Source of the DNA: a virus
Strand: one strand, 5' to 3'
DNA: 64,000 nt
Virus record (IMG/VR): IMGVR_UViG_3300045391_000822
Span: 32,001-96,000 of that record
A program made the translations under genes and the position numbers. How positions within the stretch are numbered: position 1 is the stretch's first letter; every line of letters starts with the position of its first letter. The notes under the pieces were generated by a model. The model was not told the DNA's origin. It made no database searches and saw only the letters and a program-made list of their open reading frames with translations. Positions 1 through 9,848 of this stretch are shown here, one piece after another.

Positions 1-1086
1 CCAAAATGGGCAATTGCTTTCAAAGAAAACCTTAGTGAGGCAGACGCGCCTAAGACTAAGGTGGTTGATGTCATCTGGCAGACAAGTCATAACGGCCGCC
101 TAATACCTAAGGTGCAGGTAGAGCCTGTTCGACTTGACGGTGCCAAGATAACATATGCGACAGTCCATAACGCTGAGTGGATGACGGAACGAGGAATCGG
201 ACCTGGTGCAGTAATCCAAATCGTCCGTAGTGGAGGAGTGATCCCCAAGATCACCAACGTGATCAAGAAAGCGAGCAAGCTCAAGCTACCTGACGTAGCC
301 TATGAGAAGAAAGGTGTCCATTTCGTGGCAACTGAAGAATCGTTGGAGTCGGAAACGAAATCCATTTATCGATTCTTGCTGAAATGTGGTGTAGAATCCA
401 TCGCGTTGAAGACAGTTACGAAGCTGTACGAAGCAGGTACGATGGAGTCATACCTGGACTACGTGATCATGTCCCAGCGTGGTGCTGATGAAGACTTCAT
501 CTTCGAAATGAAGAAGGCAGGATTCACGTTGAACACTACCAAACGTATCTGTGCTGAACTGGCAGCAAAGCTCAGCGTTATCGATGTTAATGCAGCAATG
601 ATAGGTACAGGTTCGTTTGCTGAAGGTATTGGAGAGCGTCGACTGGACTTGATTAACAAGACTATCAGTACTGGACAGTTGTTGGATATGTCGAAGGAGT
701 TCTCGACTAAGCAATTTGCTGAGACACTATCACAGATCAACGGTATTGGTCCGGTGGTGGCAAAGCAGATTGTAGAAGGTATACGCTCATTCCGCCGCAT
801 ACATCTGCCTGAGCTTCAAAAGCGGGTAGAAGTAACGATACCCCGTTCTGTGAAAAGAGCACCTCGTGCAAAGAAAGGTATATGGGCAGGTAAGTTTGGT
901 ACCTGGACTGGATACCGTAATAAGGATGAAGAATCACAGTTCGTTGCAAAGGGCGGACAGATAGTGTCGTTCGGTAGCAAGACTAACGTCTTGTTCATGA
1001 AAGAAGGTGGCAAGGCCAGTAGCAAGATCACGACGGCCAAGGCCAAGGGCATTAACGTTACTACCTGGGAAGAATTCCGTGGATGA
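1..1086 (+). CDS. ligA: NAD-dependent DNA ligase, C-terminal part (5' truncated by the window edge)
   Basis: Frame open from base 1: PKWAIAFK, then GRLIP, ATVHN, IVRSGGVIPKI (OB fold), HhH motifs (GIGERR, INGIGPVVA) and a C-terminal BRCT-like domain (SKITTAKAKGI). Confidence 0.93.
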   Translation, partial: PKWAIAFKENLSEADAPKTKVVDVIWQTSHNGRLIPKVQVEPVRLDGAKITYATVHNAEWMTERGIGPGAVIQIVRSGGVIPKITNVIKKASKLKLPDVAYEKKGVHFVATEESLESETKSIYRFLLKCGVESIALKTVTKLYEAGTMESYLDYVIMSQRGADEDFIFEMKKAGFTLNTTKRICAELAAKLSVIDVNAAMIGTGSFAEGIGERRLDLINKTISTGQLLDMSKEFSTKQFAETLSQINGIGPVVAKQIVEGIRSFRRIHLPELQKRVEVTIPRSVKRAPRAKKGIWAGKFGTWTGYRNKDEESQFVAKGGQIVSFGSKTNVLFMKEGGKASSKITTAKAKGINVTTWEEFRG

Positions 1087-1346
1087 ACAAGAGAAAGAGG
1101 CTAAAAACGTAGTTGTTCTAGGCGGTAGACGCGGGAAGAATGGACTTGCTGCGTTGGCCATCGCCTCGATGGTAGCGGGTGGGCCATTAGCCCCAATCCT
1201 ACGGAGACAACAGTCAGCACCTGATGATGTAGAAACACGTATTGCACGCGCAGGTGTAGAAGCCCAGTTAGCGAAAGAAGCTATAGCGGCAGCTGACGCG
1301 AAACGAGAACGTAAGCGGTTGAAGCGATTGGAAATTTCCAAACGAA

Positions 1347-1607
1347 ATGAGTAATATCATATCCTTTCTAAGGGCATTCTGGTTTCGGTCTTCGATGCCT
1401 TATACCAAAGGTTGGTATGACCTATATGGTATCGACGCCCAGTTGAATTCCTCATACAGAGGTTCGTTTAGGGAACACGAATTATTCTTTGCCTTGATAA
1501 AGGCAAACGCCGTTATGTACGATGTACACAATAGGATTGTTGGCTTGAAAAATGGTTGGCGAATTGAACTTAACTACGCCTTATCCTTAAGACACCATAG
1601 GAACTGA
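1347..1607 (+). CDS. hypothetical protein
   Basis: 86-aa ORF tightly packed in the + strand operon. Confidence 0.55.
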   Translation: MSNIISFLRAFWFRSSMPYTKGWYDLYGIDAQLNSSYRGSFREHELFFALIKANAVMYDVHNRIVGLKNGWRIELNYALSLRHHRN

Positions 1608-1608
1608 A

Positions 1609-2544
1609 ATGAGCACTAGCCGTATCTTGATCAACGGAGCTGACCTTTTGGAAATTGCCACCTATCCTGGTGGCGAAGTTCGTATAGGCGCTATCCCTTC
1701 CGGGCGTATCAACTATATCAAGGCACATATATCTGATAGCGACGGAATCATCGCGCTCCAGCAATTGGCAGATCTTCTTCGCCGCCAGTCTGTTCGCAAA
1801 TGGGGCACCTATGATGGTATGGAATTACCTCGTGGACCAGCTGTGTTGCCACCCTTGATTTTACCGTACGTACCTTACGCACGCCAGGATCGTGTGAAGT
1901 TGGATACCGTGTACAACCAGAGTCATGCTCTTCGCGTATTTTGTGATACGTTGAATGCTATGGGATGGTCGAAGATTACGATCTGGGATCCTCATTCGGA
2001 TGTTGCGCCTGCGTTGATTAACAACGTGGAGGTGATTACTCGTACTCAGATGATTGAGACTACCATCAATCAAATCAAGGCTCGGTTTTATGAAAAACCG
2101 ATTGCTCTTGTAGTTCCGGATGCCGGTGCTTTGAAAGCCTCGTTGGAGCTAGCGGAAGCATTCCGAATAGAAACGGTCTGCCAAGGCGAGAAGGTTCGTA
2201 ATATGAGAACCGGAGAAATCACTGGATCGTTCGTACACAACGTCGCTCACCTGCGTAACAAGGTAGTGTTGATAGCAGACGACATCTGTGATGGTGGCAG
2301 AACGTTTACGGGGCTTGCTGAATTTGTTCGCGGACACATCGCGGTTGAAGCGATGGTCCTGTACGTGACCCATGGTATTTTCAGTAAAGGTATGCGGGTT
2401 ATGATGGACTATTTCAATATGGTGGCTACGCCGAATCAATTCATGCCGCCGCATACTGACATATCTGGGAAAACCCAATATCTGGCAGAAGCAACAGGCA
2501 TAGTAGTTAACACCTACGGACACACCGTCGTTTACAGCAACTGA
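1609..2544 (+). CDS. ribose-phosphate pyrophosphokinase-like protein (probable NARP1 Adps, ADPR-PP synthetase)
   Basis: YPGGE, PYVPYARQDR, DPHS, VVPDAGA, DDICDGGRTF and VTHGIFSKG are Prs-family motifs; directly upstream of a Nampt-like gene. Confidence 0.9.
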   Translation: MSTSRILINGADLLEIATYPGGEVRIGAIPSGRINYIKAHISDSDGIIALQQLADLLRRQSVRKWGTYDGMELPRGPAVLPPLILPYVPYARQDRVKLDTVYNQSHALRVFCDTLNAMGWSKITIWDPHSDVAPALINNVEVITRTQMIETTINQIKARFYEKPIALVVPDAGALKASLELAEAFRIETVCQGEKVRNMRTGEITGSFVHNVAHLRNKVVLIADDICDGGRTFTGLAEFVRGHIAVEAMVLYVTHGIFSKGMRVMMDYFNMVATPNQFMPPHTDISGKTQYLAEATGIVVNTYGHTVVYSN

Positions 2545-2568
2545 TTCGTACACAAGAGAACAATAGAT

Positions 2569-4371
2569 ATGAACCAAGAACGTAAGCAAGCCCTGATATC
2601 TCGTATCAATGCCGGAGATCATGATCTTACCATGATGTACTGCGCGCCTCTCTTGAAAGACGTGTACAAGGTAGGTCACATCTTTCAATATCCGGACAAC
2701 ACGCAGTTGGTCTACTCGAATATGACACCACGTTCAGACAAACATCTACGTGGTCGCGTAAACGAACGGGTATACGATCAGAAATCTGTTTTCTTCGGCC
2801 TGCAAGGCTTCATAATCGAAGTCTTGATGGATCATTGGAACAAGACTTTCTTTCATCGTTCGTGGTCTGAAGTAGGTGACGTGTACAAGCGTTATGTAGA
2901 TGCTGTCCTGAATACAGATTTTCCGGTCGATCATATCAAGGCGCTTCACAAGCTGGGGTACCTTCCGATTGAAATCCGAGCCTTACCGGAAGGTACGTTG
3001 GTGCCCTTTAAGATTCCTGTGTATACGGTGCACAATACGAATCCTAACTTCGGGTGGGTAACCAATATGTTGGAAACGGTCATGAGCTCCGATACATGGA
3101 AGCCTGCAACGGTGGCCACGTTGGCCTATAACTTCCGACGGACACTTGATTACTGGGCGGAAAAGACTGGTGGCATATCAGCCCTGCTTCAATGGCAAGG
3201 CCATGACTTCAGTTTCCGTGGTATGTCCAATCATCAGGATGCTGCGGCTTGTGGTGTTGGCCATCTTTGCTCGTTTTCTGGAACCGATACGTTGCCGAGT
3301 ATTGCGCGTGCAGAATTCTTGTATGGTGCGGACGTAAACAAACAGATTGTCGGTGGCTCCGTTAATGCTACGGAACATTCCGTCATGTGTATCAATGGTG
3401 GTGATGGCGAGTTGGAGACATACAAACGTCTCTTGCAAAAATACCCCACAGGTATTCTCAGTATCGTCAGCGATAGCTTCGATCTGTGGCAAGTTATCAA
3501 CGAATGGGCGCCGGGACCGCTTCGTAGCCTCATTGAAGGCCGTCAAGGTAAGGTGGTGTTCCGCCCGGATAGCGGCAATCCTGCTGATATCCTTTGCGGT
3601 ACGGTTCGTGGAATACCAAATCATTCTCAGCAAGAACTGTTCTTTGCCTATGGAGAAGCTCTGGGTACCGAAACCTTGGTTAAGGAAGTCCGTGAGGAAT
3701 ATTTCTACGTTTATTGCGTAGAAGACGATACCTATTATAAGGTCGTCGTTAAAGATGATGCCGTGGCAGAATTCGGTATGTATTTTCTTATACAAGGAGT
3801 TTTTGATGCAGACATTACGCCCGAAATGCGTGGCGTTGTAGACTGCCTGGGTTACCATTTTGGTACGGTCACCAATGAAAAGGGCTACAATGACCTTGCA
3901 GCTTGTGTTGGTACTATCTACGGTGACAGTATCAATCCTCGTCTCTTCGATGAAATCCTGAAGCGACTGGCTGACAAAGGATATAGCTCCAACTGCGTTG
4001 TCGTCGGTATCGGTAGCTACAGCTATCAGTACATGACCCGTGATACTTTGGGCTCGGCTGTTAAAGCCACCTTTGGTGTTGTTGGTGGTGTCGGTCGAGG
4101 GATCCTTAAAGATCCGAAGACAGGTGACGGTATAAAGAAAAGCGCCTATGGGCTCCTGACTGTGGCCGATATGGCAGGTGGAGGGCAAGAGCCTCTACTG
4201 GAATTGATGGACGGCGAAGTAGATATCCCTGCCGAAGCTGTCTTCGAAGGTAACTTCGACAGTGGAGAGTTGAAACCTGTCTTCCGCAATGGGCATCTAC
4301 TGAAGTTCCAGACCTTGTCCGAGATTCGTATGCGCCTGCATGGTTGGGATGATAGCATTCCTTCTCTGTAG
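2569..4371 (+). CDS. nicotinamide phosphoribosyltransferase-like protein (probable NARP1 Namat)
   Basis: DVYKVGH, HDFSFRG, GTDT, ATEHSVM, SIVSDSFD, RPDSG, IYGDSI and KDPKTGDGIKKSA are Nampt-family motifs. Confidence 0.92.
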   Translation: MNQERKQALISRINAGDHDLTMMYCAPLLKDVYKVGHIFQYPDNTQLVYSNMTPRSDKHLRGRVNERVYDQKSVFFGLQGFIIEVLMDHWNKTFFHRSWSEVGDVYKRYVDAVLNTDFPVDHIKALHKLGYLPIEIRALPEGTLVPFKIPVYTVHNTNPNFGWVTNMLETVMSSDTWKPATVATLAYNFRRTLDYWAEKTGGISALLQWQGHDFSFRGMSNHQDAAACGVGHLCSFSGTDTLPSIARAEFLYGADVNKQIVGGSVNATEHSVMCINGGDGELETYKRLLQKYPTGILSIVSDSFDLWQVINEWAPGPLRSLIEGRQGKVVFRPDSGNPADILCGTVRGIPNHSQQELFFAYGEALGTETLVKEVREEYFYVYCVEDDTYYKVVVKDDAVAEFGMYFLIQGVFDADITPEMRGVVDCLGYHFGTVTNEKGYNDLAACVGTIYGDSINPRLFDEILKRLADKGYSSNCVVVGIGSYSYQYMTRDTLGSAVKATFGVVGGVGRGILKDPKTGDGIKKSAYGLLTVADMAGGGQEPLLELMDGEVDIPAEAVFEGNFDSGELKPVFRNGHLLKFQTLSEIRMRLHGWDDSIPSL

Positions 4372-4378
4372 GTAACAT

Positions 4379-4392
4379 GGGGCTTCGGCCCC
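4379..4392 (+). terminator. GC hairpin with UUCG loop after the Nampt-like gene
   Basis: GGGGC-TTCG-GCCCC immediately after the stop codon; weak U tract. Confidence 0.5.
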
Positions 4393-4417
4393 TTCCTAAA
4401 ATATATAAGGATAGAAT

Positions 4418-4879
4418 ATGCTGTACGAACAAATTAAAGAAGACCTGATTTTTGCAATGAAGCAACCCATGAAAGCACTCGTTAATATCGAAAACGATGA
4501 CCGTGCTCTGCGTATCGGTACGCTTCGTATGACGAAGGCTGCGATTGATAGGGAAGCCAAGGATACCGGTGTAGAAATTACCGACGAGTTGGTTACCAAG
4601 GTCTTGGCGCGTGAAATGAAGAAACGCCAGGAGTCCATCGAGCAATATGCGAAAGCAGGTGCTGTCCAATTGGTTGCTGTCGAAACGGCCGAAGCTGCTG
4701 TACTCAAGCCTTATCTTCCACAACAAATGGACAAGGCCAAAGTTGAAGCCATGATCGATGAAGTCATCAAGATGCATGGCAAGAGCATTGGGCCTGTCAT
4801 GAAGGAAATGAAGCTTCGTGTAGGCGCTGCTTTTCCTGGTAAGGATCTCGCCGATCTGGTTAAAGCGAAACTCCAATGA
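4418..4879 (+). CDS. GatB/YqeY domain protein
   Basis: QIKEDL..AMK, LRM..AAI, REMKKRQESIEQY..AG, E..VLKPYLPQQM and GPVMK are the typical YqeY pattern. Confidence 0.9.
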   Translation: MLYEQIKEDLIFAMKQPMKALVNIENDDRALRIGTLRMTKAAIDREAKDTGVEITDELVTKVLAREMKKRQESIEQYAKAGAVQLVAVETAEAAVLKPYLPQQMDKAKVEAMIDEVIKMHGKSIGPVMKEMKLRVGAAFPGKDLADLVKAKLQ

Positions 4880-5157
4880 GTGTATCGTTACAGTCTATTG
4901 TAGAGACCTTAGAATGGTCTCGGCTTGAAATGATTCACGCAACTGATCCAAGTCGGAAGCGTAGGCTTGGTGCAGAACTTGGTAACGTCACTGTAGTTCT
5001 TCTAAGAAAATTGATAGATGATGGTTTGATAGAAGACACGTTGGACCAGGTACACCAACGCTTCTTAGAAGCACACCCTCAATATGCCGAAGACGTTGGC
5101 GATTAATCGATACTTGATCTTTCATCTCGGTAGGTAGTACCTACCATTGGAGCGCTT

Positions 5158-5682
5158 ATGACAACCGTATTTATCATGATTGGTCTTTCTGGAGCTGGTA
5201 AGACAACTTGGGTACGAGACCAAATTACCCAATACGAAGATGCTTCTGTTTGGTCTCTGAACAATCTTCGTCTGCAATATGCGTACAAAGAGCTGGGAAT
5301 CGGTCGCGATCTTGCCTTGTGGGAGGAGCCTACCGCGCAGGAATACGAAGCTGCGTGGGAAGCCACCAAGGATGATGATAATTTCCATCACGTGACCAAT
5401 TCAGCGTTGAGTCAGATGATTGGTCGTGCGATACGTGGTGCACCTTTGTTTATTGACAACATGAACCTGCGGCGTAAAGGACGGAGACAGTTGGTTAACC
5501 GTATGCGCAACAAGGGCTTTCATGTTGTTGGTGTTTATATCAAGGCTTCCTACGCAGAGTCTATGGCACGACAACAACGTGGCCTGCCTGAGGACGTTAT
5601 TCGGCAGCATGTTGATAACATGGATATTCCTTTGTCGGAAGAGTTCGACACGTTGCTAACTGTGGGGCCGTTATGGCGTTGA
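5158..5682 (+). CDS. P-loop kinase (AAA_33 / polynucleotide-kinase-like)
   Basis: N-terminal Walker A GLSGAGKTTW, plus IDNMNL...R and P..EEFD. Confidence 0.78.
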   Translation: MTTVFIMIGLSGAGKTTWVRDQITQYEDASVWSLNNLRLQYAYKELGIGRDLALWEEPTAQEYEAAWEATKDDDNFHHVTNSALSQMIGRAIRGAPLFIDNMNLRRKGRRQLVNRMRNKGFHVVGVYIKASYAESMARQQRGLPEDVIRQHVDNMDIPLSEEFDTLLTVGPLWR

Positions 5683-6110
5683 CAGACAAACAATTGTTTG
5701 GAGTAACACGGGTGTTGATCCATTCCATGGAAGTGGATATGGAAGAGAATGGTCGACCTCGGTTACCTAAGGTGTTGGCCAATCCTTTAGCATCTGAATC
5801 TTTGGTAGAGACCACTAGAAGAATCATGGCGGTTATGATCGAAGCACAAGCGTATCTTCTGTGTTCGCAGCAAACAGTGTTTCCTTATGACGTGGTAAGA
5901 GACACGAAGAAACTTTTGTTGAAGTTCAACGGATCTTTTGATCCTACCGAGCCTAAATCCAGACCTTTCCTCTTAGGGAAAGCCGCAGGGCTGGATATCA
6001 ACAAAACCACATCGAGGTGTCCGTGGGCTCGATATGTGGATTTTACACTCCACATGCAATGGATGAGAGGATTCAAAGTAGGTAGAGCCATAATTACCTA
6101 GGAGCGAGAC

Positions 6111-6350
6111 ATGAGAAGTTTTGCGTATCGTCAAATATCCAGCGTGCAAGGTGTTCATGATTACCTGGACACCTGGGATGTCCCTCGTCTCATTGAGGCT
6201 ACGCCAGGTATCATCAAGGTAAAAGTTCCTGCCTCTTCACTTCGCCAGGTTGGTGTTCTGGTTAAGTGTAATGCTTCGCCTGAATTCAGCCTAAGACTGG
6301 TTTTCGAGAAGATGACAATGAAAGAGCGCCTGCTCAGTATGTTCTCGTAA
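6111..6350 (+). CDS. hypothetical protein, paralog of 27109..27369
   Basis: RBS AGGAG; IEATPGIIKVKVP resembles VEHTPGLLLISVP in the paralog. Confidence 0.6.
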   Translation: MRSFAYRQISSVQGVHDYLDTWDVPRLIEATPGIIKVKVPASSLRQVGVLVKCNASPEFSLRLVFEKMTMKERLLSMFS

Positions 6351-7694
6351 ACATATAGTACATACCAGGAGCATCAATTGAAGTCATATTTGACCCCGGC
6401 GAAGGGGGAAGCAGTTGATTGGAACTATTCGGTACCAAAACACCCAGGCGCAAAAATGCAACTCCTTACCATAGGCAACGTTGCTGTTCATGGCACCTGG
6501 AAAGGAGAGCTTGGTCAATACTTTAAGGCGTGGGCACCGATGCCACGTCGAAACAAACAGCTCGAGAAACAACTCTTCGGAAGTCTTCAATGAAAACTTT
6601 GGCACAAGCTATTGCAGCGAACTCTTCGGAGTTCACAGCAGTTCTTCAGAATACTATTGCCGAGTGGTGTCGAGAGGCATCGGCAGATAAAATCAAGACC
6701 GCCTTTTTCCCGGAACGCGCTGGAGTTGAAATTCATCTTCCAGAAAAAGATGATGTTGACGAACCTCCCCTTCAAGGATGTGGTGAGATTTATTTCATTC
6801 GGGTCAATGCTGAGGAGCCGTACAGCATCCTGCAGGATGAATCTGTTGGAAAGAATGAGTACTTCACTGTACCCTTCCTTTTCCATAATAAAGAAACCGC
6901 ACGGGCTATGTGCGACGCTCACGGTATTCCTTACGGCAATATCTATCCGGTAGAGATGTGGAAGCTTGATCGATGAATACGTTTTTTGATAAGGTGACTT
7001 ACGATACTATCGTATACGGTGTTCTGGATTCTACACAAACCGAACTATGTCGTGGTGTTATTGCTCCGCACCTTTTTAGTTCCCGCGAACTAGCGGAAGC
7101 TTGGTGTGTAAATCAAGGACTACCAACCGGTAACGTTACCCCTATGACGGTTATGAGCTCTAATGAACAATAAGGCAGAAGTTCGATTCTTCCAGACCGA
7201 CCGCAAACAGTGGCCAACACGCCTTCTGAATATGGAACTTCACGCACGGCTGGCCGTTCCTACGAGAGCAGTGACGATCGTTACCCATCTAGCGAATGTA
7301 GATGAATGGGAACGTCAATTGAAGGATACACAGGTTAAGGTGTCCACTCCCTTCCGTGTTAAGGGTAAGCCGTTGGAAGGTCTGATTCTGGTAGATCATC
7401 TTGATGCCCAGGCTCTTGTAGAGATGCACAAGCTGGTTATCAAGGAAGGCGCAGAGTTCAGTGTTATCGATCTTCGCAGCCTCAGTGGGATCAAGCGATG
7501 ATCATGGCGCCACACCAACTCCTAGGTGTTATGATTATCATCCTGGTATGCGTTGTAGTAGTCACGCGTCTAGCGGTGCTAGGTACGATTGGGCGTGCCA
7601 CTGGCGCGTTCATGTTGGTGTTGTTATTGGCAATCTACCTGGCAGTGATATACCAATTAATAAAGGTTTTAACTGGGTAGCTACTGGAACAACT

Positions 7695-7943
7695 ATGTCG
7701 ATCATCGAAATCAGTGAAAACAAAGCCTACAAGATTGAGTCGGTCAAGATCAAGGGTAAGAAGTACGTGAACATCCGGCAGATGTATAAGACCAGAAAGA
7801 CGCCTGACGAATGGCAACATGGTCGTGCTGGTATGGCTATCGAAGTGGCAGATCTCGAGCAGGTTTTGAAGAAGATGAAGGTAGTAGGTGCTCGTCCTGA
7901 TTCCAAGTTCAAGGAGCTGAACTTGGAGAAAGGTAATGAGTAG
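7695..7943 (+). CDS. PC4/YdbC-like ssDNA-binding or transcription coactivator protein
   Basis: KGKKYVNIRQMY...W..G..GMAI is the PC4-fold pattern; likely start is the ATG at 7695. Confidence 0.7.
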   Translation: MSIIEISENKAYKIESVKIKGKKYVNIRQMYKTRKTPDEWQHGRAGMAIEVADLEQVLKKMKVVGARPDSKFKELNLEKGNE

Positions 7944-8589
7944 CAGGATAGAAGCAGTTGTCAAAGCTCTCCGGGACTTGGACTCAGATGAGAGACGGTA
8001 TCTGGCAGATGCCCTTCATAATGACGATGACGAGATTATTGGTGTTGAAGGGTTGATCAGTTGTTTCAAAAATTTGGATAGTAAGATCAATTCCTTAGGT
8101 CAATATGATAAGTTGGCCCAGAACTTAGAAGGTATTGGCCGTGCCATATCAGTGGTTGATGAAGGAGCTCGCCGTTTTTATATGGTGAAATCTATTCTCG
8201 ACAAGTTGCGTGAAACGGTCTCGGTACCTCCGACTTCCTTAACCCATGATAGGCTTCATTGGTCTATGGGTAATTTAGAACACCCTCTGGGCAGCTTCGA
8301 AATCTGTATCTCCTCTGCTAAGGGTGGGATACATGATCGCGACTCTACTGAGTACTCGGTAACTTGGAGAGCAGGTTACACGTTAAAAACCTTGCCTAAC
8401 TGCAGGATCCCGTTTCGTTCGACTCGGGTAAATTTGTCCGGTGATTTTTATTCGGACCTGAATGACTGGTTACTCAGAGTCCAGAGTTATTTGCAAAAAG
8501 CTAAATCTTTAAAGAAGACGCCTGCCTACAAGGCGAGTAGAGCTAAGGCTAAACCGAACAACGTAATTGATGAGGACGATGATGACTGA
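7936..8589 (+). CDS. hypothetical protein
   Basis: 217-aa ORF overlapping its neighbours in operon fashion. Confidence 0.65.
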   Translation: MSSRIEAVVKALRDLDSDERRYLADALHNDDDEIIGVEGLISCFKNLDSKINSLGQYDKLAQNLEGIGRAISVVDEGARRFYMVKSILDKLRETVSVPPTSLTHDRLHWSMGNLEHPLGSFEICISSAKGGIHDRDSTEYSVTWRAGYTLKTLPNCRIPFRSTRVNLSGDFYSDLNDWLLRVQSYLQKAKSLKKTPAYKASRAKAKPNNVIDEDDDD

Positions 8590-9127
8590 TGTGCAACCCT
8601 TTACCTTCGATGATCTGAAGAAACGAATTGCTGAAGACGTTCAATCGAAGTTCGGTTCCATGATTCCTCCTGAGGTATTCGAGGACATGATCGAACAATC
8701 GGTTCGAAAATTCTTCGAGTCTACAACGGAAACGTTCCGAGTTACAAGGGTGAACTACGCCTCTTCCGAGGTAGAAACAAGTCTCTCACCATTCCAAATC
8801 ATAGTATGGTCCAAGTTACGTGATATTGTTCGTCCAGCTCTAGATAAATGGTTTGGAGAAAAGCAAGAAGAAATTACGAAGATGATGGAAGAGGCTCTTC
8901 AAACGAATACCAACTATGGGGCTACTTTGAATAGTGCTGTAGGACCTATGGTTACCGGTATGGCACAAGTTCAGGCTTTAGCAGCCATGCGTCAGGCTAC
9001 CTATCCATACCAGCTACAAGTGGCACAGACGTTGAGCCATGCAGGTATAATGGTGCCGTGGCCTATAGCTCCTAACAATGACCCGAAGGAAATCCTCAAG
9101 GGGCTAATCGATGAAAAGAAGTATTGA
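8567..9127 (+). CDS. hypothetical protein
   Basis: 186-aa ORF in the operon. Confidence 0.65.
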   Translation: MMRTMMTDVQPFTFDDLKKRIAEDVQSKFGSMIPPEVFEDMIEQSVRKFFESTTETFRVTRVNYASSEVETSLSPFQIIVWSKLRDIVRPALDKWFGEKQEEITKMMEEALQTNTNYGATLNSAVGPMVTGMAQVQALAAMRQATYPYQLQVAQTLSHAGIMVPWPIAPNNDPKEILKGLIDEKKY

Positions 9128-9397
9128 AGAGTTGATAGCTATCAGAACGAAAGAGCTTCTTCTAGTCGATCCCCGCAATGGTGGCGGTGCTCGAATGTTT
9201 GAAATCAACAAGGACCTTGAAGTTTTGAAACGTGCTCAACGTGGTGACGTTTCAGCCCTGCCTTTAGTAGAACTAATCGAAGCACAGATCAAAGATACGG
9301 AACGTAAGAAGGGTCTTTTCCAGGAGACATTTCGTCCGGTGGATCCTTCGGAATTTCCAAAGCTTGGGTCATAACGCTCCCTATCCAAGGAAGTAAA

Positions 9398-9808
9398 ATG
9401 TTCCCATTAACCCCAGCTCAGCTGGAAGACCGTCGAATTTGTACAGCACGCCCTGTCCGAACCCGGTATCGGGTTGTTGGAGTAAGAATGACGCGGCATC
9501 TACTCATCACGCACAATGGTGTACGAGCACTGATGTGCTTTAAGAACGTAGAAGACGTACCGTATTGGCTTGCACAAGTCGCAGATGACGTTGTATTCCT
9601 GAACCCGGAACAAGTAGCAGAGTGTCCGTGTCCAACGGGAGAGTTTGTCTACGATGAGCTTCTCGAAGATGGCGAGCTGACAATGCGTGTCGTCTGCGGT
9701 ATAAGGGCCGAAAATGGTTTTGTTCTGCGACGACCTATGGTTCATGTGGACGCCGACATGACAGGACACGACATAGTTTGGAAGCCTGGACTCCCTTCAG
9801 ATGCCTAG
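9398..9808 (+). CDS. hypothetical protein
   Basis: RBS AAGGAAG and a 136-aa ORF. Confidence 0.6.
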   Translation: MFPLTPAQLEDRRICTARPVRTRYRVVGVRMTRHLLITHNGVRALMCFKNVEDVPYWLAQVADDVVFLNPEQVAECPCPTGEFVYDELLEDGELTMRVVCGIRAENGFVLRRPMVHVDADMTGHDIVWKPGLPSDA

Positions 9809-9848
9809 TTGCCAGCAATTTTATGGCATTCCCAACTAGGAGAACAAG

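Noticed and set aside
3178-4876. Long minus-strand ORFs (336 and 256 aa)
   Set aside because: They are antisense shadows of the Nampt-like and YqeY genes and show no motifs.
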